64,000 nt of DNA, taken from NCBI GenBank assembly GCA_964584755.1, contig CAZPAV010000004.1, forward strand, positions 7,386 to 71,385, read 5' to 3'. A program made the translations under genes and the position numbers. Positions 56,635 to 64,000 of the stretch are shown here, one piece after another. Origin of the DNA: an uncultured Acidimicrobiaceae bacterium. Lineage in GTDB: Bacteria; Actinomycetota; Acidimicrobiia; Spongiisociales; UBA5794. Position 1 is the stretch's first letter. Each line of letters opens with the position of its first letter. The notes under the pieces were generated by a model, which saw nothing but the letters and a program-made list of their open reading frames with translations, was not told the DNA's origin and made no database searches.

Positions 56635-57210
56635 ATGGGTGATTTCCGGCAGGAGCGGTACTACGAGGAGGGTTCGGACGCCGGGGGGCTCGGCCGGCGG
56701 GAGGTCGACGAGTTCCTGCGCGGACCCGACAGTCGATGGTTGTTGAAGCTGGCGTTCCTCAAGGAGGACGGGTGGCCCATGGTCGTGCCGTTGTGGTACC
56801 AGTGGGACGGGGAGTCCTTCTGGGTCGTGGGGCGGAAGCGGTCGGCGTGGGTGGCCGATCTCCGGCGTGAGCCGCGGTGCGCCGTCTGTGTCGAGGAGCC
56901 GGCCCACCCGCGGATCCGCAAGGTCCTCGCCCAGTGCACGGCCGAGATCGTCGAGGGGCCGGCACGAGGCGAGGGATCCCGGTGGGTGGAGGTCGCCAAC
57001 GAGATGGCGTTGCGCTACTCCGGTCCCAGCGGACCCGAGCAGCTCCAGGCGTCGTACGGCTGGGAGCGGTACCTGGTGAAGCTGACGCCGCGCGACGACC
57101 GGCTCATCACCTGGCAGGGCGCCGACTGGGCGCTGCGCTACTTCGATCCCGGTCAGCGCCCCGACCTCGAGGCGAAGGCCCGGCGGCGCACCGCCGAGGC
57201 GGCGCCGTGA
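56635..57210 (+). CDS. PPOX-class PNPOx-like protein, paralog 3
   Basis: WLLKLAFLKEDGWPMVVPLWYQWDGESFW homologous to 37071..37610 and 37653..38192 products; AGGAGG SD 9 nt upstream of ATG 56635. Confidence 0.7.
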   Translation: MGDFRQERYYEEGSDAGGLGRREVDEFLRGPDSRWLLKLAFLKEDGWPMVVPLWYQWDGESFWVVGRKRSAWVADLRREPRCAVCVEEPAHPRIRKVLAQCTAEIVEGPARGEGSRWVEVANEMALRYSGPSGPEQLQASYGWERYLVKLTPRDDRLITWQGADWALRYFDPGQRPDLEAKARRRTAEAAP

Positions 57211-58376
57211 AGCCGGCCGCGGCGCGCGCCGGCGCGCTGCGCCGCTCCGAGATCCGGGTCCTGTTCGACGCGGCGCTCGCCACGCCGGGCGCGATCCGTC
57301 TCGAGGTCGGCGAGCCGAGCTTCACCACCCCCGAGCACATCATCGCGGCCGCGGCGGCGGCGGCACGCGCCGGGCACACCGGGTACGGACCCAACGGCGG
57401 TCTGCGAAGCCTCCGCGAGCTGCTCGTGGAGAAGATCCGGCGGGTCGACGGGTACGAGGTCGACGTCGACCAGGTCGTGGTGACCCCGGGCGCCATGAAC
57501 GCCCTCTTCTCGACGTACCTGGCGCTTCTCGACGAGGGCGACGAGGTGCTGCTGCCCACGCCGGGATTCCCCAACATGGACGAGATGGTCCGTCTCGTAG
57601 GTGGAACGCCGAGGTTCTACACGCTCTCGGCCGAGGACGGGTTCCTCCCCGACGTGGAGGCCCTCGAGGCGCTCGTCGGCTCGCGGACGAAGGTGCTCTT
57701 CGTCAACACGCCCGCCAACCCGACCGGAGCCGTGTACCCGGCGGCGTCGATGGAGGCGCTCGTCGCACTGGCGCACCGCCACGACCTGTGGATGATCAGC
57801 GACGAGGTGTACGACGAGATGATCCTCGCTCCCGACCTGGTGCACACCGCCGCGGCGCGCTACGACAGCGACGGGCGGGTGATCTCGGTCTACAGCTTCT
57901 CGAAGGTGTACGCGATGACCGGCTGGCGGGTCGGGTACGCGGTGGCGCCACGGATCGTCGCCGACCTGCTGCGCACCCTCCAGGAGCCCGAGGTGTCGTG
58001 CCCGAGCACGATCTCGCAGAAGGCCGCCGAGGCCGCGCTGACGGGCCCCCGGGAGCCCATCGACGCCATGCTCGCCGCGTACCGGGAGCGTCGCGAGGCG
58101 GCACTGCGGGTGGCCGCCGAGGAGGGCCTGCGCGTCGTCGCCCCGGGTGGGACCCTGTACATGATGGTGGACGTGAGCCCGTCGGGCATGTCGGCGCTCG
58201 ACTTCACGCTGGCACTGCTCGCCACCCACCGGGTCTCCGTCGCGCCCGGTTCGGTGTTCGGCCCGGCGGGGGAGGGTTGGGTGCGGATCTCGCTGGCGGC
58301 CGACGAGGAGGACGTCGTCCGCGGGCTCCGCCGTCTCTCCGCGGCGATGCGCTCACCCCGCGGGGTGCCCGCATGA
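57207..58376 (+). CDS. Class I/II pyridoxal-phosphate aminotransferase (second copy)
   Basis: SFSKVYAMTGWRVGY PLP-Lys motif; ~45% identical to 41104..42255 product; GTGA overlap with upstream gene. Confidence 0.85.
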   Translation: MKPAAARAGALRRSEIRVLFDAALATPGAIRLEVGEPSFTTPEHIIAAAAAAARAGHTGYGPNGGLRSLRELLVEKIRRVDGYEVDVDQVVVTPGAMNALFSTYLALLDEGDEVLLPTPGFPNMDEMVRLVGGTPRFYTLSAEDGFLPDVEALEALVGSRTKVLFVNTPANPTGAVYPAASMEALVALAHRHDLWMISDEVYDEMILAPDLVHTAAARYDSDGRVISVYSFSKVYAMTGWRVGYAVAPRIVADLLRTLQEPEVSCPSTISQKAAEAALTGPREPIDAMLAAYRERREAALRVAAEEGLRVVAPGGTLYMMVDVSPSGMSALDFTLALLATHRVSVAPGSVFGPAGEGWVRISLAADEEDVVRGLRRLSAAMRSPRGVPA

Positions 58377-59638
58377 GGTCCGGGCTCGAGAACCCGACGG
58401 AGCAGGCCGTGGTGGGGTTCCTCGCCGCCCGCGAGGAGGAGATCCTGGCGTTCGCCCGGGAGCTCGTCGCCACACCGAGCCCGAACCCGCCGGGTGACGA
58501 GCGGGCGGTCGCCGACCTCGTCGAGCGCGAGCTCGCCGGACTCGGCATCGACCAGGTGGAGCGCGTCGGCGCCCGTGAGGAGCGTCCCAACCTGCTCGTG
58601 AGGGTGCCGGGGTCGCGCGCGACCCCGGTGCTCATGCTCTCCGGCCACCTCGACACGAAACCGGCCGGCGACCGGGACGCCTGGGAGACGGATCCGTGGG
58701 ATCCCGTGCTCCGGGACGGGGACCTCGTCGGTCTCGGCTCGGGAGACATGAAGGCGGCGGTGGCCGGCATGGTGTACGCCGCGGGAGCCCTCCGCGCCGT
58801 CGGGGGCGTCGCCGGCGACCTCGTGCTCGCCCTCACCGCCGACGAGGAGGCCGGCTCCCTCCTCGGCTCGAAGTGGCTCGCCGAGCAGGGGCTCCTCGCC
58901 GCGGACGTGGCCGTGATCGGCGAGCCGAGCGGGATCTTCGAGGAGTGGGAGGCGATCCACCTCGTCTCCCGGGGCGCGGCGCTCTTCAAGATCCACGTCG
59001 TGGGCACCCAGATGCACTCGTCGATCTCCGACCGGATCGAGGGCGTCAACGCCACGGTGCAGATGGCGCGCCTCATCGACCGGATGGACCGTGAGTTCGC
59101 CGGGTACCTCACCTACGTGCCGCATCCGCTGTGCCCGACGGGGCCCACGGTGAACGTCGGGGTGATGGCCGAGGCCGGGGTGTTCTACGGCGTGTACCCG
59201 GGTCACGCCCACTTCGCCTGCGACGTGAGGACGCTGCCGGGCATGGAGGAGGCGCAGCTACGGGCCGACGTCGAGCGGTTCCTCGCCGACGCCATGGCCG
59301 ACGCCCCCGAGCTCGAGGCGTACCTGGAGTGGGAGCTCATGGTTCCCGCGACCGAGATCGGCCCCGACGAGCCGGTCGTCGGCTGCCTCCGGCGGGCGGC
59401 GCGGGACGTGCTGGGCCGGACCCCGCGTCTCGACGCCTTCCCCGGCGCCACCGACGCCCCGCACTTCCAGCTCACCGCCGGCATCCCGTGCGTCGCCGCG
59501 TTCGGTCCCGGGATGCTCCCCCGCGCCCACGGCCCCAACGAGTTCCTGGCGGCGACGGGAGCCGCCGAGGCGGCCAAGGTCTACGCCCTGGCGGCCGTCC
59601 GCTACCTGGGAGGTGAGCATGCCGATTCCGACCGCTGA
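58373..59638 (+). CDS. M20 family metallopeptidase (ArgE/DapE-like; second copy)
   Basis: SGHLDTKP, GSGDMKA, ADEEAGS, GEPS, C-terminal GIPCVAAFGPG; ATGA overlap with aminotransferase. Confidence 0.8.
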   Translation: MRSGLENPTEQAVVGFLAAREEEILAFARELVATPSPNPPGDERAVADLVERELAGLGIDQVERVGAREERPNLLVRVPGSRATPVLMLSGHLDTKPAGDRDAWETDPWDPVLRDGDLVGLGSGDMKAAVAGMVYAAGALRAVGGVAGDLVLALTADEEAGSLLGSKWLAEQGLLAADVAVIGEPSGIFEEWEAIHLVSRGAALFKIHVVGTQMHSSISDRIEGVNATVQMARLIDRMDREFAGYLTYVPHPLCPTGPTVNVGVMAEAGVFYGVYPGHAHFACDVRTLPGMEEAQLRADVERFLADAMADAPELEAYLEWELMVPATEIGPDEPVVGCLRRAARDVLGRTPRLDAFPGATDAPHFQLTAGIPCVAAFGPGMLPRAHGPNEFLAATGAAEAAKVYALAAVRYLGGEHADSDR

Positions 59639-60290
59639 GCTGTGTGCCCGGTACCGGCGGCTGTACGTGCCTGCGGTGTGCGACGCCCTCTACGAGCTGG
59701 GCCTGCCCGAGCCCGTGTTGCCGTCGACGCTGCGACCGCTCCACCCCGAGCGACGCATCGCCGGGGTCGCCTACACGCTGCTCGGTCGGGCCATCGCGCC
59801 GCCGGTGGGGTGGGAGGCCGGCATCGACCGGATCTCCAGCTACCTCGACCTCTTCCCCCGGCTCCCGGCGGACAGCATCCTCGTCTCGGTGAATCCCGGC
59901 AGCGACGTCGGCCACTTCGGTGAGCTCACCGCCACCTCCGCCCAGCGCCACGGGTGCGTCGGGGTGATCCTCGACGGCAACCTCAGGGACGTCGCCGGCC
60001 TGCGGGAGATCGGGTTCCAGGTGTTCTACCGGGACCTCTCGCCGCTCAACGCCATCGGACGCTGGGAGATGGCGGCGGTCCAGGTGCCCGTCACGATCGG
60101 TGACGTGACCGTCCGCCCCGGGGACGTGATCGTCGCCGAGTTCGACGGCATCGTCGTGGTCCCCGCGGGCGAGGCGGAGCGGGTGCTCGAGACCGCCGAG
60201 GCGATCGTCGGCTCCGAGGTCCACGTTCGCGCCGAGATGGCGGCGGGAGAGTCCCCCCTGGCCAGCCTGCAGCGTCATGGACACATCTGA
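59613..60290 (+). CDS. RraA-like protein (class II 4-hydroxy-4-methyl-2-oxoglutarate aldolase/oxaloacetate decarboxylase family)
   Basis: RraA/MenG-fold pattern VCDALYELG ... GELTATSAQRHGCVGVILDGNLRD ... 225 aa. Confidence 0.75.
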   Translation: MSMPIPTAELCARYRRLYVPAVCDALYELGLPEPVLPSTLRPLHPERRIAGVAYTLLGRAIAPPVGWEAGIDRISSYLDLFPRLPADSILVSVNPGSDVGHFGELTATSAQRHGCVGVILDGNLRDVAGLREIGFQVFYRDLSPLNAIGRWEMAAVQVPVTIGDVTVRPGDVIVAEFDGIVVVPAGEAERVLETAEAIVGSEVHVRAEMAAGESPLASLQRHGHI

Positions 60291-60534
60291 CGGTGAGTCC
60301 CGGGTGTCGATCGTCGTGCCACAGTTGGGTGTCGTCGAGGAGGTTCTCGTCGTGGAGTGGTTGGCGGCGGACGGAGACCGCGTGGCCAAGGGAGCTCCGC
60401 TCGTGGTGATCGACACCGACAAGGCCGTCACGGAGCTGCCGGCACCGGCGGCGGGGCTGCTCCGGATCGCCGTGCCGGCAGGGGGGGATGAGGTTCCCGT
60501 GGGCGCCGTGCTCGGGTACGTCATGGAGCGGTGA
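60277..60534 (+). CDS. Stand-alone biotin/lipoyl-attachment domain protein (lipoyl carrier)
   Basis: 85 aa; hybrid-barrel motif with lipoyl-Lys in VVIDTDKAVTELPAP; precedes TPP E1 alpha/beta genes. Confidence 0.7.
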   Translation: MDTSDGESRVSIVVPQLGVVEEVLVVEWLAADGDRVAKGAPLVVIDTDKAVTELPAPAAGLLRIAVPAGGDEVPVGAVLGYVMER

Positions 60535-61298
60535 TGGGTGGTCTCGACCGATTCTCGCTGCGCGGGCGCGTCGCCCTGGTGACGGGAGCGGCCAGCGGCC
60601 TCGGCGAGGCGATCGCCTACGGCCTGGCGGACGCGGGCGGCTTCGTGGCCTGCGTGGACCGGGCGGAGGCCGCCAACGAGGCGATCGCCGCGGCCATCGG
60701 GCCGGATCGGGCCATGGCGGTGGTGGCCGACGTCACCGACCGGGAGGCGGTCGAGCGGGCGGTCGCCGCGGTCGTCGCCCGGGCCGGATCCGTGGACGTG
60801 CTCGTGAACAGCGCCGGCATCGGCGGGAGAGGTCCCGCCGCGGCGTACCCGGACGACGTCTGGGCCGGGGTACTGGCGACCAACCTCACCGGATCGTTCC
60901 ACGCCTGCCGCGCCGCGGCCAGGGTGATGATCGGCCGGGGCGGTGGCTCCATCGTGAACATCGCCTCCATCGGGGGTCTCGTCGGGTTCCCCGGCAGCGT
61001 CGGCTACCAGGCGAGCAAGGGAGGAGTGGTCCAGATGACGCGGACCCTGGCGGTGGAGTGGGCCCCCCACGGGGTCCGGGTCAACGCCATCGCGCCGGGC
61101 CACATCGGCACGGCCATCGTCCGCCGCCAGTGGGAGACCGAGCCGGAGCTGCGCGACTTCTTCCTGACGCGTACCCCGTTGGGGCGGCTGGGCGAGCCCG
61201 ACGACGTGGTGGGCGCGGCGATCTTCCTGGCGTCGGACGCCGCGGCGATGGTCACGGGCCAGGTGGTCGTCGTCGACGGCGGCTACACCGCCCAGTGA
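60531..61298 (+). CDS. Short-chain dehydrogenase/reductase (SDR)
   Basis: TGAASGLG, NSAG, S...YxxxK (YQASKGGV), PG; 255 aa. Confidence 0.85.
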   Translation: MMGGLDRFSLRGRVALVTGAASGLGEAIAYGLADAGGFVACVDRAEAANEAIAAAIGPDRAMAVVADVTDREAVERAVAAVVARAGSVDVLVNSAGIGGRGPAAAYPDDVWAGVLATNLTGSFHACRAAARVMIGRGGGSIVNIASIGGLVGFPGSVGYQASKGGVVQMTRTLAVEWAPHGVRVNAIAPGHIGTAIVRRQWETEPELRDFFLTRTPLGRLGEPDDVVGAAIFLASDAAAMVTGQVVVVDGGYTAQ

Positions 61299-61310
61299 GG
61301 AGGTGACGGG

Positions 61311-62306
61311 ATGAACGCGGTCGCACCGAGGCTCGGCCTGCCGCGCGAGACGGCGCTGGCGATCCACCGGACGATGGTGCGCATCCGTGCCTTCGAGACC
61401 AGGGTCGAGGAGCTCTTCCTGGCCGGCGAGCTCCCCGGGTTCGTCCACACCTACGTGGGCGAGGAGGCGATCGCGGCGGGGGTGTGCGCCGCCCTGGAAC
61501 CCGGCGACCAGATCACCTCGACGCACCGCGGCCACGGCCACGCCATCGCCAAGGGCGTGACGATGAGGGCGATCATGGCCGAGCTGTACGGCAGGGAGAC
61601 GGGGGTCTGCCGGGGCAGGGGCGGATCCATGCACGTGGCGGACTTCTCGCGGGGGATGCTCGGGGCGAACGGCATCGTCGCCGGCGGGCTCGGCATCGCC
61701 GCCGGCGCGGCTCTCGCCGCGGTGCGGCTCGGCACGGGAGCGGTCGTGGCCGCCTTCTTCGGAGACGGGGCGGTCAACAAGGGGACGTTCCACGAGGCGT
61801 TGAACCTCGCCGCGGTCCATGCGTTGCCGGTGGTGTACGTCTGCGAGAACAACGAGTACGCCCAGTTCACCTCGCGCCGCCGCACCACGTCGGTCGAGGA
61901 CCTCGCCTGCCGGGCCGTCGCCTACGGGATCCCCGGCGTGACCGTCGACGGGAACGACGCCGGTGCCGTCCACGGCGCCACCCGGGCGGCGGTCGCCCGT
62001 GCCCGAGGAGGCGAGGGCCCGACCCTGCTGAACCTCCTCACCTACCGGTTCGGTGGGCACTACGTCGGCGACGCGGAGGTGTACCGGGACCGTGACGAGG
62101 TGGCCGCCCGCCGGGCGGGGGACCCGATCCCCCGGTGGGAGGCGGCCCTCGAGGGCGAGGGGTGGCTGGACGACGCCGCCCGGACGGCGGTGTGGGGGGA
62201 CGCGGAGCGCGAGGTGGAGGACGCGGTCGCCTTCGCCCGCCGCAGCGCCGATCCCGATCCGGACTCCGCCCTCGATCTCGTGTTCACGAGGCCGGACGAT
62301 GCGTGA
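61311..62306 (+). CDS. TPP-dependent 2-oxoacid/acetoin dehydrogenase E1 component, alpha subunit
   Basis: TPP-binding GDG-N motif (FFGDGAVNKGTFHEALNLA...VCENN), HRGHGH; 331 aa. Confidence 0.85.
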   Translation: MNAVAPRLGLPRETALAIHRTMVRIRAFETRVEELFLAGELPGFVHTYVGEEAIAAGVCAALEPGDQITSTHRGHGHAIAKGVTMRAIMAELYGRETGVCRGRGGSMHVADFSRGMLGANGIVAGGLGIAAGAALAAVRLGTGAVVAAFFGDGAVNKGTFHEALNLAAVHALPVVYVCENNEYAQFTSRRRTTSVEDLACRAVAYGIPGVTVDGNDAGAVHGATRAAVARARGGEGPTLLNLLTYRFGGHYVGDAEVYRDRDEVAARRAGDPIPRWEAALEGEGWLDDAARTAVWGDAEREVEDAVAFARRSADPDPDSALDLVFTRPDDA

Positions 62307-63279
62307 GGTGCGCATGACCTTCGGCCAGGCCACGGCCGAGGCCATGCGGTTCGCCATGCGGGAGGACCCCACGGTGATCGTCCTCGGCGAGGACATCAGC
62401 TGGGGTGGGAACTTCGGCCAGTTCCGCGGCCTCGTCGAGGAGTTCGGCCCGGCGCGGGTGATGGACATGCCCATCTCCGAGGCGGCGATCGTGGCCGTCT
62501 CGGTCGGGGCGGCGGTGGCGGGGCTGCGGCCGGTGGCGTCGATGAGCTTCGTCGAGTTCACCCTCGGCGCGATGGACGAGATCGTGAACCAGGCCGCCAA
62601 GTTCCGCTCCATGTTCGGCGGTCAGGTGTCCGTCCCCCTGGTCCTACGGGCCTCGGACGGGATCCTGCGATCGTCGGCGGCGCAGCACTCGTCGAGCCTC
62701 GAGGCCTTCTTCACCCACGTCCCCGGCCTGAAGGTGGTCGCACCGTCGAACCCGGCGGACGCCCAGGGTCTCCTCCGGGCCGCCATCGCGGACGACGATC
62801 CGGTGATCTACCTCGAGAACAAGCGGATCACCGCCAAGCGGGGCCTGGTGCCGCGTGGTGACCACCGCGTGCCGCTCGGGAAGGCGACGATCGTGCGGGA
62901 AGGCACCGACGTGACGGTCGTCGCCTACTCCGTCATGGTGCGCCACGGGGCGGCGGCGGCGGAGATCCTGGCCGGGCGGGGGATCTCGGTCGAGCTCGTC
63001 GACCTCAGGTCCCTCGTGCCCCTCGATCTCGACACGGTGGCGGCGTCGGTGGTCCACACGGGGCGGGCCGTGGTGGCGCACGAGGCCTGGCGTACCGGCG
63101 GATTCGGTGCCGAGGTGGCGGCCCGGCTCTCCGAGGAGCTCTGGGGGGACCTCGATGCGCCCGTCGTGAGGGTGGGAGCGCGCTCGGTGGCCATCCCGTT
63201 CAGTCCGGTCCTCGAGCGGGCCGTGGTGCCCGGAGTGGAGGAGGTCGTCGCGGCCGTGGAGCAGGTCCTCGCCTACTGA
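62296..63279 (+). CDS. TPP-dependent dehydrogenase E1 component, beta subunit (transketolase-like)
   Basis: Transketolase pyrimidine-binding and C-terminal domains (VIVLGEDI...; KVVAPSNPADAQGLL); start could be ATG 62296 or ATG 62311. Confidence 0.85.
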   Translation, partial: TMREVRMTFGQATAEAMRFAMREDPTVIVLGEDISWGGNFGQFRGLVEEFGPARVMDMPISEAAIVAVSVGAAVAGLRPVASMSFVEFTLGAMDEIVNQAAKFRSMFGGQVSVPLVLRASDGILRSSAAQHSSSLEAFFTHVPGLKVVAPSNPADAQGLLRAAIADDDPVIYLENKRITAKRGLVPRGDHRVPLGKATIVREGTDVTVVAYSVMVRHGAAAAEILAGRGISVELVDLRSLVPLDLDTVAASVVHTGRAVVAHEAWRTGGFGAEVAARLSEELWGDLDAPVVRVGARSVAIPFSPVLERAVVPGVEEVVAAVEQVLAY

Positions 63280-63332
63280 GGCGCGTTCCCGCCGCCGGAG
63301 AGGAAGAGCGACCCGGGCCCGCGCCCGAGCCG

Positions 63333-63938
63333 TCAACGACGACGGGTGGAGCCGGCGCGCTCGGCGACGAGACCGCCGGCACTCCCCGCCCGGAGTCCCT
63401 CGGCGAGCCCGGCGATCCCCGGCTCGACGCCCCCGGCCTCGATGGTCCCGAAGACGACGGCGGCGACGAGCGCCGAGGCGAGCACCCGGGCCGGGGGCCC
63501 GGACAGGATCGTGCCCTGGCGCCGGCCCTCCTCGATGGTGGCCGCGATCGGCTCGAGGAGCCGGGGGTCGATGCGGACCCCCTCGGTGTCGGCGATCTCG
63601 GTGGCGTGGGCGACGAAGAGCTCCGTCATCGCCGGGTCGTCGCCGACGAAACGGGCGAAGACGCGCAGCATCGCCACGAGGCGCGCCCCGGCGTCGCCGC
63701 TCGTCTCGCCTCCCAGCCGGGCGACGGCGCGCTCCACGGTGCGGTCGTGCACGAAGCGCAGCAGGTCCCGCCGGGTGGGGAAGTGGTAGTAGAGCGTGGC
63801 CCGGGCCACACCCGCGTGCCGGGCGATGTCCGCCATGCGCACCCCCTCGACTCCCCGTTCGGCGATCGCCGCCGCGGTCCCGCGCCGGAGCGCGTCGGCG
63901 AGATCGGTCGAGAGCGTGCGGAGGGGACCGGTGACCAT
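63333..63938 (-). CDS. TetR/AcrR-family transcriptional regulator
   Basis: N-terminal HTH GVEGVRMADIARHAGVARATLYYHFPTRRDLL; all-helical ligand domain; 201 aa. Confidence 0.85.
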   Translation of the reverse strand: MVTGPLRTLSTDLADALRRGTAAAIAERGVEGVRMADIARHAGVARATLYYHFPTRRDLLRFVHDRTVERAVARLGGETSGDAGARLVAMLRVFARFVGDDPAMTELFVAHATEIADTEGVRIDPRLLEPIAATIEEGRRQGTILSGPPARVLASALVAAVVFGTIEAGGVEPGIAGLAEGLRAGSAGGLVAERAGSTRRR

Positions 63939-64000
63939 GGGAACAGCTTAGCCGACCCGCACGTTTGGACACATGCGTCTATACTGTTCGTGGACCGAGG

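Noticed and set aside
63961-64000. Possible TetR operator upstream of the TetR gene at the window edge
   Set aside because: The sequence (GTTTGGACACATGCGTCTATACTGTTCG) shows no clear palindrome and is truncated by the window end.

Overview
This is a high-GC (about 70%+) actinobacterial-type chromosomal segment that is densely coding and rich in translationally coupled ATGA/GTGA overlaps. From the start it carries the cell-shape cluster mreB(partial)-mreC-mreD-PBP2-rodA, then tdk, an RNase E/G-family gene, rplU-rpmA-obg-proB, a MoxR AAA+/VWA pair with a stand-alone receiver domain, an enoyl-CoA hydratase, an M23 peptidase, nadD, a LytR_C protein and rsfS. A complete tRNA-Ala(GGC) follows at 17143-17216. 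Its 3' half plus about 20 bp recurs 6.6 kb downstream, delimiting an integrated island (about 17237-23821). The island carries a tyrosine integrase, putative arm-type repeats, an AbiEi/AbiEii-type type IV toxin-antitoxin pair with a palindromic operator on its start codon, a second divergent HTH/nucleotidyltransferase pair with its own promoter palindromes, a NUDIX hydrolase and a SEC-C-motif protein. Outside attR are an IS5-like transposase remnant, a GNAT gene and a truncated ANT(2'')-like gene. From 25.7 kb to the end lies a large catabolic region rich in amide-bond hydrolases. It contains two CocE/NonD hydrolases, two M20 peptidases, MlrC, an AtzE/AtzG-like amidase next to RidA, formamidase, an Ntn-hydrolase, amidohydrolase-2, FAH, HpcH and RraA-like aldolases, two aminotransferases, several SDR/MDR genes and three PNPOx-like paralogs. 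It also has a peptide-type ABC importer, a TPP-dependent E1 alpha/beta pair with a free lipoyl-domain protein, and GntR and TetR regulators. The most distinctive non-genic signal there is an AT-only 11-17 bp palindromic motif (TGATATATCA-like). It recurs in six divergent promoters, about 70-88 nt upstream of start codons, and may be the operator of a local regulon. I found no rRNA or CRISPR. Coordinates derived by hand rather than taken from the ORF track may be off by 1-3 nt.
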